This document shows positions 1 through 10,505 of a DNA stretch of 32,000 nt, piece by piece. This DNA is from Candidatus Saccharimonadota bacterium (GTDB lineage Bacteria; Pseudomonadota; Gammaproteobacteria; Enterobacterales; Enterobacteriaceae): contig CP188086.1 of assembly GCA_049942765.1 (NCBI GenBank), positions 420,001 through 452,000 on the forward strand, given 5' to 3'. How positions within the stretch are numbered: position 1 is the stretch's first letter; every line of letters begins with the position of its first letter. Under the pieces are notes generated by a model. The model did not search any database, was not told the origin of the DNA, and was given only the letters and a program-made list of their open reading frames with translations. The position numbers and the translations under genes were made by a program.

Positions 1-224
1 ACTATATCAATGCCATAACTAGAAATAGTCATAAAATCCACTTCATGCGTTATTTTTATTGCTCTACATAAGTCAGCAATAAAAATAAAAGAACCTCTTA
101 ATAATCCAATTAACAAAATTTTGCTATTAGCATTTTTATAATTTCTAGTAATCTCTTTACCTAATTCATTAATTCGTTCATGTAAAACAATTTCAGGAAT
201 AATAACTTTAATTATATGTTTCAT
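1..224 (-). CDS. hpt: hypoxanthine phosphoribosyltransferase, N-terminal part (gene continues off the left edge)
   Basis: I translated the reverse strand from ATG (cat at 222-224): [71 protein letters not shown]... This lines up with E. coli Hpt (MKHTVEVMIPE...LVGLLRGSFMFMADLCR...HEVDFM). An in-frame ATG two codons upstream (228-230) is an alternative start. The gene is absent from the ORF track because it is truncated. Confidence 0.85.
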   Translation of the reverse strand, partial: MKHIIKVIIPEIVLHERINELGKEITRNYKNANSKILLIGLLRGSFIFIADLCRAIKITHEVDFMTISSYGIDI

Positions 225-808
225 AAACATTAAATAATAAGAAGTAATATAAAAAAAAATAAATATAAAACTATTTTACTTGATTTTTATTCCTCAAACA
301 AAGACAAAATATGAAAATTAATAGATCAATATTTAAACTAAATACTTTAAACATATATAATGATATTAGATATAAAAATCTATATATCACATCTATAATG
401 TATCATATATCAATACAAACTTTTAAATTATTAATATGTACTAATGAATAAAATTACACAATTTCATTCTTATAAATATATAAATATACATGTTACATAC
501 ATCTTAAACATACATCATAATTATTAATAAAACCACATATGAAATGAAGTAAAATCACAAGATCTATGTTAAAATTTTTAATTAACTAAAAATATATAAC
601 TACTCATAATTTAATTAATACAAAAATATTTAACGATATTATGTAAATTTACATAATAAATATTTATTATAACTAATATTAACAATAATTAATACAACAA
701 CTATTTTTTTTAAAATCACCATAACTTCTATTATGTTTTAAATGCACAAAAAAATAAGAATTTAATATATAAATTTTTTCAATATAAATTTAAGAGAAAT
801 AGTAAACT

Positions 809-3271
809 ATGCAAATATTAAAATTTGGCGGAACTTCATTAGAAAATGCAAAAAAATTTTTACTTGTATCTAAAATAATTAGAAATAAAAACCATAATGA
901 CCAAACTGCAATTGTACTTTCAGCACCCGCTACAATTACTAATCATTTAATAGATATTATAAAAACTGCAATACACCAACAAGATATAAATCCAAAAATT
1001 AATACCATAAAAAACATCTATACAACAATTAATACTGAAATAAACAATTATCAAAATAATTTTGATTATCAAAATACCTATAATATAATCGAAAAACAAT
1101 GCTCCAATCTTAAAAAGATTTTGTATAGTGTGAAATTAATAAAACAATGCCCAAAACATATTTATGCTTTTCTTATTTCTAGAGGAGAAATTTTTTCAAT
1201 AGAAATAATGAAATCTATATTACAAGCACAACAATATAACGTAACATTAATTAATCCTACAGAAACACTCATTTCTACAGGAGATATATTAAATTCTACT
1301 ATAGATATAGTAGAATCAACTAAAAATATTCAAAAAATAAAAATTCCATCTAATCATATAATTTTAATGCCTGGTTTTATTGCCGGAAACAAAAAAAAAG
1401 AACTAGTAGTATTAGGAAGAAATGGTTCTGATTATTCTGCTGCTATACTAGCAGCTTGTTTCAACGCTAAAAAATTAGAAATATGGACAGACGTAGATGG
1501 ATTATATACTTGTGATCCAAGAATCATATCTAATGCTCATCTTATAAAAATTATTTCATACCAAGAAGCTTTAGAACTATCATACTTAGGAGCTACTGTA
1601 TTACACCCAAAAACTATTTTACCAATTATGAATTTTAATATCCCATGTCACATCAAAAACACAAACAATATTCATTGTATTGGTACTGTTATTAATAATA
1701 CCCATGATACCACTAATAAATTAAATAATATCATTACAACAATTAAAAGTATTACATATATAAATAATATAGTTATGATTACTATAATACGTCAAAACAA
1801 TAAAATTTATTTTTCAATATTAAAAAAAATCCTATATGCTCTAGAGCATCACAATGTGTGGATAATATCAATTATACAATCAATAGAATCAAATTTAAAT
1901 TTTTTCATTCAAGAAGATAAATTATCTAAAACAATAGAAATTGTTACACAAAAATTAAAATCATCAATTAGCGATAATATTAATCAAATAGTCAAAATAA
2001 CAAAAAATCTATCGATGATATCTATTATTGGAAAAAAAATTACCACTCATCACAATATTTTATCTACAATCATATCCGTACTAGAAAAAAATAATGTAAA
2101 CATTGTTTCCAATACACAAAGTACATCTCAAAATTCCCTTTCTATTATCATCAACAATGAATACACTATCAGTAGTATACTAGCTATACATCAAAAATTA
2201 TTCGGAAATAAAAAGATAGCTGAAATATTTTTGTTAGGAGTTGGAGGAGTAGGAAAACATTTATTAAAACAAATTCATTATCAGAAACATTATTTAGCTA
2301 AAAAAAATATACACTTAAAAATCTGTGGAATTGCAAATTCTAAACAAGTATTAAAAAATTTAAATGGAATTGATCTTAATACCTGGAAAATTAACCTTAA
2401 TTCATCTAATACTAAATTTAATTTTGAAAACATAAAAAAATCTCTTAAACACCATTATACAGAAAATCCAGTTATTATTGATTGTACATCTAGCCGATCT
2501 ATAGCTAAACAATACATACAATTTCTATCTTCAGGATTTCATATTGTTACTTCTAATAAAAAAGCCAATACTCATCGTTATGATTATTATCAAAAAATAA
2601 GAAATACAGCATTGCAATATAAAAAAAAATTTTTATATGAAACAAATGTAGGCGCTGGATTGCCAGTTATAGAAAACTTAAAAAATCTATTAAATTCAGG
2701 CGATCAATTACAATATTTTAGAGGTATTCTATCTGGTTCATTATCATTTATTTTTGGAGAATTAGAAAATGATACTTCATTTTCTCAAGCTACTCAAAAA
2801 GCGCAAACACTTGGTTTTACTGAACCTGATCCAAGAGATGATTTATCCGGTATTGATGTAGCAAGAAAGCTTCTTATTTTAGCGCGTGAGTCAGGCTATG
2901 AAATAGAATTACAAGACATTAAAATAGAATCAATTTTACCATCTTACTTTAATGCCATAAAAGATATACCCACAGCTATATCTGAACTAACTCAATTAGA
3001 TTCAATGTTTTCAAATAAAATGAAATTAGCTAAAAAATCAGGAAAGGTTATACGATATATCGGTATGATAAATTCATCTGGTGAATGTCAAGTTAAAATA
3101 GAAGAAGTTGATCAAAATGACCCATTATATACTATAAAAAATGGAGAAAATGCGTTAGCATTTTACAGCAAATATTATCAACCTATACCACTAGTATTGA
3201 GAGGTTATGGAGCTGGTAATAATGTTACAGCTGCTGGAATTTTTGCTGATCTACTTCGAACTTTATCCTAA
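809..3271 (+). CDS. thrA: bifunctional aspartokinase I / homoserine dehydrogenase I
   Basis: 820-aa ORF. The N-terminus [10 protein letters not shown] matches E. coli ThrA MRVLKFGGTS (aspartokinase KFGGTS motif). The C-terminal half has the homoserine dehydrogenase nucleotide-binding motif [10 protein letters not shown], and the end ...[25 protein letters not shown] matches ThrA. It is followed by thrB and thrC as in the thrABC operon. A purine-rich AAGAGAAA lies just upstream of the ATG. Confidence 0.96.
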   Translation: MQILKFGGTSLENAKKFLLVSKIIRNKNHNDQTAIVLSAPATITNHLIDIIKTAIHQQDINPKINTIKNIYTTINTEINNYQNNFDYQNTYNIIEKQCSNLKKILYSVKLIKQCPKHIYAFLISRGEIFSIEIMKSILQAQQYNVTLINPTETLISTGDILNSTIDIVESTKNIQKIKIPSNHIILMPGFIAGNKKKELVVLGRNGSDYSAAILAACFNAKKLEIWTDVDGLYTCDPRIISNAHLIKIISYQEALELSYLGATVLHPKTILPIMNFNIPCHIKNTNNIHCIGTVINNTHDTTNKLNNIITTIKSITYINNIVMITIIRQNNKIYFSILKKILYALEHHNVWIISIIQSIESNLNFFIQEDKLSKTIEIVTQKLKSSISDNINQIVKITKNLSMISIIGKKITTHHNILSTIISVLEKNNVNIVSNTQSTSQNSLSIIINNEYTISSILAIHQKLFGNKKIAEIFLLGVGGVGKHLLKQIHYQKHYLAKKNIHLKICGIANSKQVLKNLNGIDLNTWKINLNSSNTKFNFENIKKSLKHHYTENPVIIDCTSSRSIAKQYIQFLSSGFHIVTSNKKANTHRYDYYQKIRNTALQYKKKFLYETNVGAGLPVIENLKNLLNSGDQLQYFRGILSGSLSFIFGELENDTSFSQATQKAQTLGFTEPDPRDDLSGIDVARKLLILARESGYEIELQDIKIESILPSYFNAIKDIPTAISELTQLDSMFSNKMKLAKKSGKVIRYIGMINSSGECQVKIEEVDQNDPLYTIKNGENALAFYSKYYQPIPLVLRGYGAGNNVTAAGIFADLLRTLS

Positions 3272-3290
3272 AAATTCAGGAATAATACTT

Positions 3291-4220
3291 ATGATTAAAA
3301 TCTATGCTCCTGCTTCAATTGGAAATGTTGGAGTAGGATTTGATGTATTAGGTGCAGCAATTAAACCTATAACTGGATCTTTATTAGGTGATACCATCAG
3401 TATATCAGAATCAAATCAATTTAATATAATTAATGCAGGAACATTCAAACATCAATTACCTAAAGATATAAAAAAAAATATTATTTGGAATTGCTGGAAA
3501 TACTTTTGTAAAAAAATAAAAAAAAATGTTCCTGTTTCTATCATTTTAGAAAAAAATATGCCGATAGGATCAGGACTAGGATCTAGCGCTTGTTCTATTG
3601 TTGCTACATTAGTAGCGTTAAACATGTTCTTTTCAAATCCTCTATCAAAAATAGAATTACTCAAAATCATGGGTAAACTAGAAGGACAAATATCAGGAAG
3701 TATACACTATGACAATGTAGCACCCTGTTACTTAGGTGGTTTACAATTAATTTGTCAACAATCTCAAATTATTAATCAAGCACTACCATATTTTAAACAT
3801 TGGTTGTGGATTATAGCTTGGCCTGGAACTAATATATCAACCAAAGAATCACGATCTATATTACCTAAAACATACACGAGAGAAATTTGCATTCAACATA
3901 GTAGAAATTTATCAATATTCATACATGCGTTACATACTAAGCAAGAACAATTAGCAGCTGATGCTATGCAAGATATTATCGCAGAACCATATAGAATAAA
4001 ATTATTACCCAATTTATTAAAAATTAAAACTACAGTTAAAAACATTGGTGCGCTAGGATGTGGTATTTCAGGATCAGGTCCTAGTTTCTTTTCTGTCAGT
4101 AACAATTTACATACTTCTACAATAATTGCTAATTATTTATCAAATAATTACATACAAAATAATGATGGATTTGTACACATTTGTCAATTAGATGAAAAAG
4201 GTACAAGGTCTATAGGATAA
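3291..4220 (+). CDS. thrB: homoserine kinase
   Basis: The ORF track starts at 3207 and overlaps thrA. I place the start at ATG 3291, because [21 protein letters not shown] aligns with E. coli ThrB [21 protein letters not shown] and AGGA lies at 3278-3281. The GHMP-kinase motif [10 protein letters not shown] is present. Confidence 0.94.
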   Translation: MIKIYAPASIGNVGVGFDVLGAAIKPITGSLLGDTISISESNQFNIINAGTFKHQLPKDIKKNIIWNCWKYFCKKIKKNVPVSIILEKNMPIGSGLGSSACSIVATLVALNMFFSNPLSKIELLKIMGKLEGQISGSIHYDNVAPCYLGGLQLICQQSQIINQALPYFKHWLWIIAWPGTNISTKESRSILPKTYTREICIQHSRNLSIFIHALHTKQEQLAADAMQDIIAEPYRIKLLPNLLKIKTTVKNIGALGCGISGSGPSFFSVSNNLHTSTIIANYLSNNYIQNNDGFVHICQLDEKGTRSIG

Positions 4221-4223
4221 TCT

Positions 4224-5513
4224 ATGAAGCTATATAACTTAAAAAATAAACACGAACAAGTAACATTTTCTCAAGCTATTAAATTAGGTTTAGGAGAACA
4301 ACAGGGGTTATTTTTTCCTACAACAATACCTTTAATCGAACCTAGCACAATATCAAAAATGTTACTTATGGATTTCATTCCTAGAAGTTGTAAAATACTA
4401 TCTATGTTTATTGGAGACGAAATTTCAAAAACTATATTAGAAAAATCTATTCATCGTGCTTTTTCTTGCTCCATACCAAAAATAAGTCATATAACAAATA
4501 ATATTGCTTGTTTTGAATTATTTCATGGACCTACATTAGCTTTTAAAGATTTTGGAGCTCGTTTTATGGCTCAAATTTTATCCTTTTTAAACCCTAAGAA
4601 TGAATTAATCACTATTTTAACTGCAACATCAGGTGATACTGGTGCTGCTGTTGCACACGCATTTTATAAAATGAAAAATGTAAGAGTAATTATTCTCTAC
4701 CCCAACGGGAAAATTAGCAAATATCAAGAGAAACTATTCTGTACTTTAGGAGAAAATATAACTACAATAGCTATTAATGGAAGTTTTGACGAATGTCAAA
4801 CATTAGTCAAACAAGCATTTAATGATACTGAATTAAAACAAAAAACTGGATTAAATTCAGCTAATTCTATTAATATAAGCAGATTACTTGCTCAAATATG
4901 TTATTATTTTGAAGCTTTTTCATTACTTTCAGAAAAACAACAAAAAAATCTTATCATTTCTATTCCATGTGGTAATTTTGGAAATTTAACAGCTGGATTA
5001 TTAGCTAAATCCATAGGATTACCTATAAAATCATTTATAGCAGCAACTAACAAAAATGATACAGTTCCAAGATTTTTAAAAACCGGAAAATGGGAACCAC
5101 GTGATACAATATCAACATTGTCTAACGCTATGGATATTAGTCAACCTAATAATTGGCCTAGAGTCGAAGAACTATGTAAAATAAATAATTGGAATTTAAA
5201 AAATTTAGGATTCGGAAGTGTTTCAGATTTAGATACTATTGATACATTAAAAACATTAAACAACTTAGGATATATCTCTGAACCACATGCTGCAGTAGCT
5301 TACAAAATATTAAAAGAAAAAATCCATCACAATGAATTTGGATTATTTTTAGGAACCGCTCATCCAGCAAAATTTAAACAATCAGTAGAAAATATTTTAA
5401 ATAAAAAAATTTCATTACCTGAATCAATAAAAAATAGAATACATTTACCGTTATTATCTTATTACATGAAACCTGATTTCAAAAAAATAAGACAATTTTT
5501 ACTAAAAAAATAA
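4224..5513 (+). CDS. thrC: threonine synthase
   Basis: 429-aa ORF. MKLYNLKNKHEQVTFSQAIKLGLG aligns with E. coli ThrC MKLYNLKDHNEQVSFAQAVTQGLG. The PLP-lysine context FHGPTLAFKDFG and the segment SANSINISRLLAQICYYFEA are conserved. AGGA lies in the thrB 3' end, 3 nt from the thrB stop. Confidence 0.96.
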   Translation: MKLYNLKNKHEQVTFSQAIKLGLGEQQGLFFPTTIPLIEPSTISKMLLMDFIPRSCKILSMFIGDEISKTILEKSIHRAFSCSIPKISHITNNIACFELFHGPTLAFKDFGARFMAQILSFLNPKNELITILTATSGDTGAAVAHAFYKMKNVRVIILYPNGKISKYQEKLFCTLGENITTIAINGSFDECQTLVKQAFNDTELKQKTGLNSANSINISRLLAQICYYFEAFSLLSEKQQKNLIISIPCGNFGNLTAGLLAKSIGLPIKSFIAATNKNDTVPRFLKTGKWEPRDTISTLSNAMDISQPNNWPRVEELCKINNWNLKNLGFGSVSDLDTIDTLKTLNNLGYISEPHAAVAYKILKEKIHHNEFGLFLGTAHPAKFKQSVENILNKKISLPESIKNRIHLPLLSYYMKPDFKKIRQFLLKK

Positions 5514-5527
5514 TTACTATATCAACA

Positions 5528-5560
5528 TATAGAGAGGTAATCTGTATTATCCTCTCTATA
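5528..5560. terminator. hairpin between convergent thrC and ychF (putative bidirectional intrinsic terminator)
   Basis: Perfect 10-bp inverted repeat tatagagagg (5528-5537) / cctctctata (5551-5560) with a 13-nt loop. It is unusually G/C-containing for this spacer. An A/T run follows, and ttttttaaaaaa lies about 10 nt downstream. Confidence 0.6.
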
Positions 5561-5589
5561 AAATATAAAATATTTTTTAAAAAACACAT

Positions 5590-6678
5590 CTATACATGAA
5601 ATAAAAAATGTAAAATATCTCCATCTTGAACAATATATTTTTTACCTTCCATACGTATTTTTCCAGCAGATTTAACTCCATATTCACCTTTATAAAAAAT
5701 AAAATCGTCATATTTCATGACCTTGACCCGAATAAAACCACGAGAAAAATCACTATGTATAACATTAGCAGCGGAAACAGCAGTGCTACCATTTTTTATT
5801 GTCCAAGCACGTACTTCTTGCACTCCAACGGTAAAAAAAGTATATAAATTCAATAAACCATAACTAGCAAATATTATTTTTGTAATAATAGATTTACTAC
5901 CAGAAAAATCCAATTTATCATTTAATACTATATTGCTATTTCTTATATTTTTTAACTCGTTATCAGCATCAATAGCGATTACAACCGCCTGTTCTAATTT
6001 AGCTACTTCTTGAACTTGATTTAAAAAATCATTATCTTCTTTTGAAGAATTAATATTAGCTATATAAAGCATAGGTTTAATAGTCAATAATCTTAAACAA
6101 TTAATAATTTTTTGTTCTTCTGCAGTCATATGCATAGTTCTTAACATATGACATTCCGATAAATGTTCTAAACAACGATTTAATAAATTAAGTTCTAAAA
6201 TACTAGTCGCACTCTTATTTGTTTTATATTTATTTTTTATTTTATCCATAAATTTCTTACAAACAGTAATATCTGCAAGAATTAACTCTAAGTTAATAAC
6301 TTCAATATCATTAATAGGGTTCGTTATACCATTAACATGAACCACTACATCGCTTTTAAAACAACGAACTACATGTAAAAGTGCATCAGTATCTTTAATA
6401 TTTGATAAAAATTGATTACCTAACCCTTCTCCTTTTGAAGCACCTTGTACTAATCCAGCAATATCAACTAACTCAATATAGTTAGCAACAATCTTTTTAG
6501 GTAAAACTATTTTTGCTATATTATTTAAACGATTATCTATAATAGGAACACTACTAATGTTGGGTTTAATAGTACAAAAAGGGTAATTAGCAATTAAAAT
6601 ATTGGTTTTAGTCAATGCATTAAACAACGTGGATTTTCCAACATTAGGTAATCCTACTATCCCACATTTTAAATTCAT
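5590..6678 (-). CDS. ychF: ribosome-binding ATPase YchF (Obg-like GTPase family)
   Basis: 362-aa ORF with the P-loop N-terminus MNLKCGIVGLPNVGKSTLFNALT and the C-terminal TGS-like end ...YIVQDGDILHFLFHV, both as in E. coli YchF. It lies immediately downstream of pth, as in E. coli. Confidence 0.95.
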   Translation of the reverse strand: MNLKCGIVGLPNVGKSTLFNALTKTNILIANYPFCTIKPNISSVPIIDNRLNNIAKIVLPKKIVANYIELVDIAGLVQGASKGEGLGNQFLSNIKDTDALLHVVRCFKSDVVVHVNGITNPINDIEVINLELILADITVCKKFMDKIKNKYKTNKSATSILELNLLNRCLEHLSECHMLRTMHMTAEEQKIINCLRLLTIKPMLYIANINSSKEDNDFLNQVQEVAKLEQAVVIAIDADNELKNIRNSNIVLNDKLDFSGSKSIITKIIFASYGLLNLYTFFTVGVQEVRAWTIKNGSTAVSAANVIHSDFSRGFIRVKVMKYDDFIFYKGEYGVKSAGKIRMEGKKYIVQDGDILHFLFHV

Positions 6679-6800
6679 ATATTTTATTACCCAAATGTCA
6701 CATCAAAATTACTTAATATATATAAAATACATATATTAATTCTAATATAATACTTATAATTATTTATTAAAACAAATCAAACTTAATACCAAAAACCACA

Positions 6801-7346
6801 CTAACCCTTTTTAAAAAACATCTTCCTAGAATTGATCATATTATTAATAGATGTATTTATAATTCCACAATCATATTCAGATGGTTGTGATAAAACATAA
6901 TTAGATATCTGACATAATTGATCAGGACGTCCAATACCGATACGAAACCTATAGAAATTGATTTTACCAGAAAAATAAGAAATAATATTTTTTAATCCTT
7001 TATGACCACCGTTTCCATATCCAAATTTTTTCTTTATGATTCCAGGACTTAAATCTAAATCATCATGTACTATTAACATTTGTTCTAAACTAATATTATA
7101 AAATGATGACATTAAAAAAACAGATTTACCATTAATATTCATAAAAATATTGGGTATTAATAATCTGATCATCTGATTATCTATATAAATTATAGAAGTA
7201 TAACCTAAAAATTTTTTTTCTTCAAAAAACTCTTGTTTATAATATTTTGCTAACGCATATACATACCATGAACCAATATTATGACGTGTCCGATGATATC
7301 TTAAATAAGGATTAGCTAAACCCACAATCATTTTTATTGTTTTCAA
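6801..7346 (-). CDS. pth: peptidyl-tRNA hydrolase
   Basis: (M)[26 protein letters not shown] aligns with E. coli Pth [26 protein letters not shown]. The codon at 7344-7346 is TTG, preceded by GAGAAG. The first ATG (7329-7331) would trim 5 aa and has no SD, so the TTG start is preferred but uncertain. Confidence 0.9.
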   Translation of the reverse strand: MKTIKMIVGLANPYLRYHRTRHNIGSWYVYALAKYYKQEFFEEKKFLGYTSIIYIDNQMIRLLIPNIFMNINGKSVFLMSSFYNISLEQMLIVHDDLDLSPGIIKKKFGYGNGGHKGLKNIISYFSGKINFYRFRIGIGRPDQLCQISNYVLSQPSEYDCGIINTSINNMINSRKMFFKKG

Positions 7347-7430
7347 AATAACTTCTCAAGAATCTTTATACGAAAACTTATAAATGATAATACCATTACG
7401 ATACCATCTATTTAAAAGTAAAAATATGTA

Positions 7431-8057
7431 TTATGAACGATTAATAATCTTAATATAACGATTCTCAGCTTCATCCCAGTTGACTACATTCCAGAAAGAC
7501 TTTACATATTCTAAACGATTATTTTTATATTTTAAATAATATGAATGTTCCCAAACATCTAAACATAAGATAGGATATCCAGATAATCCCACTACCTCAT
7601 CTCCCATTAAAGGGTTGTCTTGATTAGCAGTAGATACAATGCTTAAATTATTATTATGATATAATAACCATACCCAACCTGAACCAAACCTAGATAAAGC
7701 TACTGATTCAAATTTCCTTTTAAACTGAAGAAAATCACCAAATTTTTGTTCTAAAGCATCTTTTAATAACCCAGTTAACTTAGTACCTATTTTTAATCCA
7801 TTCCAAAATAAAGAATGATTAACATGACCACCTATATTGTTTCGTAATGTTTCTCGAGAATCTTCAGGTATATCCATTAATCGTGTAATTAATATATCTG
7901 CTCTAACATTAGGAAAATTCATAGCCTGTAATATATTATTAGCATTATTAATATAAGTTTGATGATGTTTACTATGATGTATACTCATAGTTAAAGAGTC
8001 AAAATATGGTTCTAAAGCATCATACTCATATTTTAATTCTGGTAAACTATAACTCAT
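7431..8057 (-). CDS. sodA: superoxide dismutase (Mn type)
   Basis: The track ORF runs to 8123. I start at ATG 8055-8057, because MSYSLPELKYEYDALEPYFD aligns with E. coli SodA MSYTLPSLPYAYDALEPHFD and a clear AGGAG lies a few nt upstream. The DVWEHSYYLKYKNNR motif is conserved. Confidence 0.94.
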   Translation of the reverse strand: MSYSLPELKYEYDALEPYFDSLTMSIHHSKHHQTYINNANNILQAMNFPNVRADILITRLMDIPEDSRETLRNNIGGHVNHSLFWNGLKIGTKLTGLLKDALEQKFGDFLQFKRKFESVALSRFGSGWVWLLYHNNNLSIVSTANQDNPLMGDEVVGLSGYPILCLDVWEHSYYLKYKNNRLEYVKSFWNVVNWDEAENRYIKIINRS

Positions 8058-9075
8058 AATCACACTCCTATTATTACATATGTTAACACAAATTAAATTA
8101 AAATATTGAATAAACAATATCACAAGATATATAAAATAAATCTTTAGATTGTTGCAATGTATACAACATTAAAAAATAATGAACATTCCATAATTCATAA
8201 ATAATTAAGTTGCTGCAATAAATATAAATAAAAAAATAAAAATTAATAGTATTCAATTAAGATAAAAAAATTAAAAATACAATAAAAATTTAACAACAAA
8301 AAGATAACACATAATTTAAAAAAAAATAATTCCAATATCATAAAAAAAAATAAAAAATTTCCAAATTATAACCAATTAACATATTAATTTATAAAAAAAA
8401 TATTGATACAGTTAATATTGTAAATAATTCAGAAAAAATATAAAGATATTTACAATTTAAATATATAAATTCAACACTTTTATATTGTTATTTTTTTTAC
8501 AATATGTTAATTTTTTTACAATTGTACATCAATACCATACTTTTATATTTAAAAATTAAAATATCAAAAATAAAAAAACTGATCATTATATCTATATTTA
8601 TCTACATATAATAGATAATAAAATATTTCTTGAAAAAAAATATTAATAAATATAAAACTCTTAAATAAACATATTTATTAAAAAATACATTTAAACAAAA
8701 ATTATTAAATAATGAAATATATTTTCCAAATAATATTAATTGTAATTAAAAAAAAATAAAAACATACATATAAATAAAAACAATAACCTTCAACTATATA
8801 TTACTATATAAAAATCATATAGTATTTTTTAAAAAATTTTAATACTATTTTTATTAAGTAACTGTTAATTAAATTATTTAATATTACAAAAATATAAAAA
8901 ATAAGATTAACTATATAGTCTAATACTACATCCAATATACATATGATATCATAAAATGTACTATATATTACATCTAAAAAAATATATCAATAATAAAAAT
9001 ATACATTTTGAGCATGTTTAACATTTATTTCGGTTAATTTTATAAAATTAATCAATTTTAACCAATGAGCTACTA

Positions 9076-9747
9076 ATGTCTAAAATTAATACTAAAAATA
9101 CATTAAATAATCGATTTCGCAATTTTTATCCAGTTGTAGTAGATGTAGAAACAGCTGGATTTAATGCACAAACAGATGCAATACTAGAAATTGCTATTGT
9201 AACATTAACTATGGATAATAAAGGATGGATTAAAAAAGAATCTTTATTACATTTTCATATTATACCATTTCATGGATCATCTATTAAACCTGAAGCATTA
9301 GCATTCAATAAAATTGATCCATTTAATCCACTCAGATTAGCAATTAGCGAAAAAGAAGCATTTCATAATATATGTCAATTAGTAGAAAAGGGGATAGCAG
9401 AAGAAAAATGTAAAAAAGCAATTCTTGTAGCACATAATGCAATGTTTGACTATAATTTCATTATGGCTGCCATGAATAGAGTTGGTATTCATAATCACCC
9501 ATTTCATCCATTTGTAACCTTTGATACCGCATCACTAAGTGGTCTAGTAGTAGGACAAACAGTATTAGCTAAAGCATGCAAAGCTGTAGGTTTAGTATTT
9601 GATATTAATCAAGCACATTCAGCTTTATATGACACTTTACAAACAGCAAATCTATTTTGCGAATTAGTAAATAAATGGAAACAATTAGGTGGATGGCCTC
9701 CAAAAGAAAAACACCACTCTTATGGAAATAACTATTCTACCTTTTAA
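9076..9747 (+). CDS. rnt: ribonuclease T (DEDDh 3'-5' exoribonuclease)
   Basis: [30 protein letters not shown] aligns with E. coli Rnt ...[20 protein letters not shown]. The later exonuclease motifs [11 protein letters not shown] and AHSALYD are present. Confidence 0.94.
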   Translation: MSKINTKNTLNNRFRNFYPVVVDVETAGFNAQTDAILEIAIVTLTMDNKGWIKKESLLHFHIIPFHGSSIKPEALAFNKIDPFNPLRLAISEKEAFHNICQLVEKGIAEEKCKKAILVAHNAMFDYNFIMAAMNRVGIHNHPFHPFVTFDTASLSGLVVGQTVLAKACKAVGLVFDINQAHSALYDTLQTANLFCELVNKWKQLGGWPPKEKHHSYGNNYSTF

Positions 9748-9779
9748 CTAACCTATTACTAGTCATAGGTTAGTTAAAA
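9742..9779. terminator. 15-bp perfect hairpin between convergent rnt and grxD (putative bidirectional terminator)
   Basis: ttttaactaacctat (9742-9756) and ataggttagttaaaa (9765-9779) are exact reverse complements, with the 8-nt loop tactagtc. The rnt stop codon (9745-9747) lies inside the left arm. Confidence 0.65.
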
Positions 9780-9852
9780 CAAAAAATCATGTGATTGAAT
9801 TAAAACTTTATTAACTAAAATACATAGATAATACAAAATAATAGTGATATAT

Positions 9853-10170
9853 TTAATTTATTTTTACTTTACTAATTACTTGTTCTAATTCACCAGTATT
9901 TAATAATTCTAATATGATATTACAACCACCAATTAATTCACCATTGACCCATAACTGTGGAAATGTAGGCCAATTAGCATATTTTGGCAATGCTTGTCTA
10001 ATATCTTGATGTTCCAAAACATCAATATAAGCAAAACGTTTATTAATACTAGTCAATGCTTGAACAGCTTGAGCAGAAAAACCACATTTAGGTACATCTG
10101 GTGATCCTTTCATATATAATAAAATAGAATTTTCTTCTATCTGTTTTTTAATTTTTAAATTAATATCCAT
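9853..10170 (-). CDS. grxD: monothiol glutaredoxin (Grx4 family)
   Basis: 105-aa ORF with the CGFS active site (GSPDVPKCGFSAQAV) and the conserved WPTFPQLWVNGELIGGCDI-like segment. The size is typical of GrxD/YdhD. Confidence 0.93.
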   Translation of the reverse strand: MDINLKIKKQIEENSILLYMKGSPDVPKCGFSAQAVQALTSINKRFAYIDVLEHQDIRQALPKYANWPTFPQLWVNGELIGGCNIILELLNTGELEQVISKVKIN

Positions 10171-10505
10171 TATTTCTATTTGTTCTCTGATCTATATTTG
10201 TTTTAAAAATAATTTTTAACATAAATTAAATAGTTTTTTAATATATTAATATTTTAATATTAAATATTTATAAAATATTATTTATATATAAAAATCAATA
10301 CCATATTAATAGACTATTATTTTATAATATAAACTATAAAAATTTTTAAAAATACAATTTTGAAATAAATGTTATTATATAACAACAAAGAATAAATTTA
10401 TATATGAAATATAAATTCAAATTAAATTATTTATAGTAGTAATATAAACAAAAAAATGCTATATTGTTAATAAATATTTTTTATTTAATGTAAAATTATC
10501 CTTTA

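Noticed and set aside
638-657. Perfect 20-bp palindrome attatgtaaa|tttacataat, upstream of thrA and of the thrL-like frame
   Set aside because: My rough estimate is that 0.5-1 such zero-spacer palindromes are expected by chance in this much A/T-rich DNA. No second copy or known operator consensus was recognised.
3207-3290. Upstream extensions of track ORFs: thrB from 3207, sodA to 8123, ahpC from 13928, nrdB from 21420, sirB1 to 28410, nadK to 11907
   Set aside because: Orthologue N-termini align to internal ATGs that have better SD sequences. The extensions overlap neighbouring genes or begin at TTG.
3452-4105. Two short antisense ORFs inside thrB (3452-3670 and 3893-4105)
   Set aside because: Both are shadow ORFs within a well-supported CDS, with no independent signals.
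5626-5847. 73-aa ORF antisense to ychF
   Set aside because: It is a shadow ORF inside a conserved gene with low-complexity sequence.
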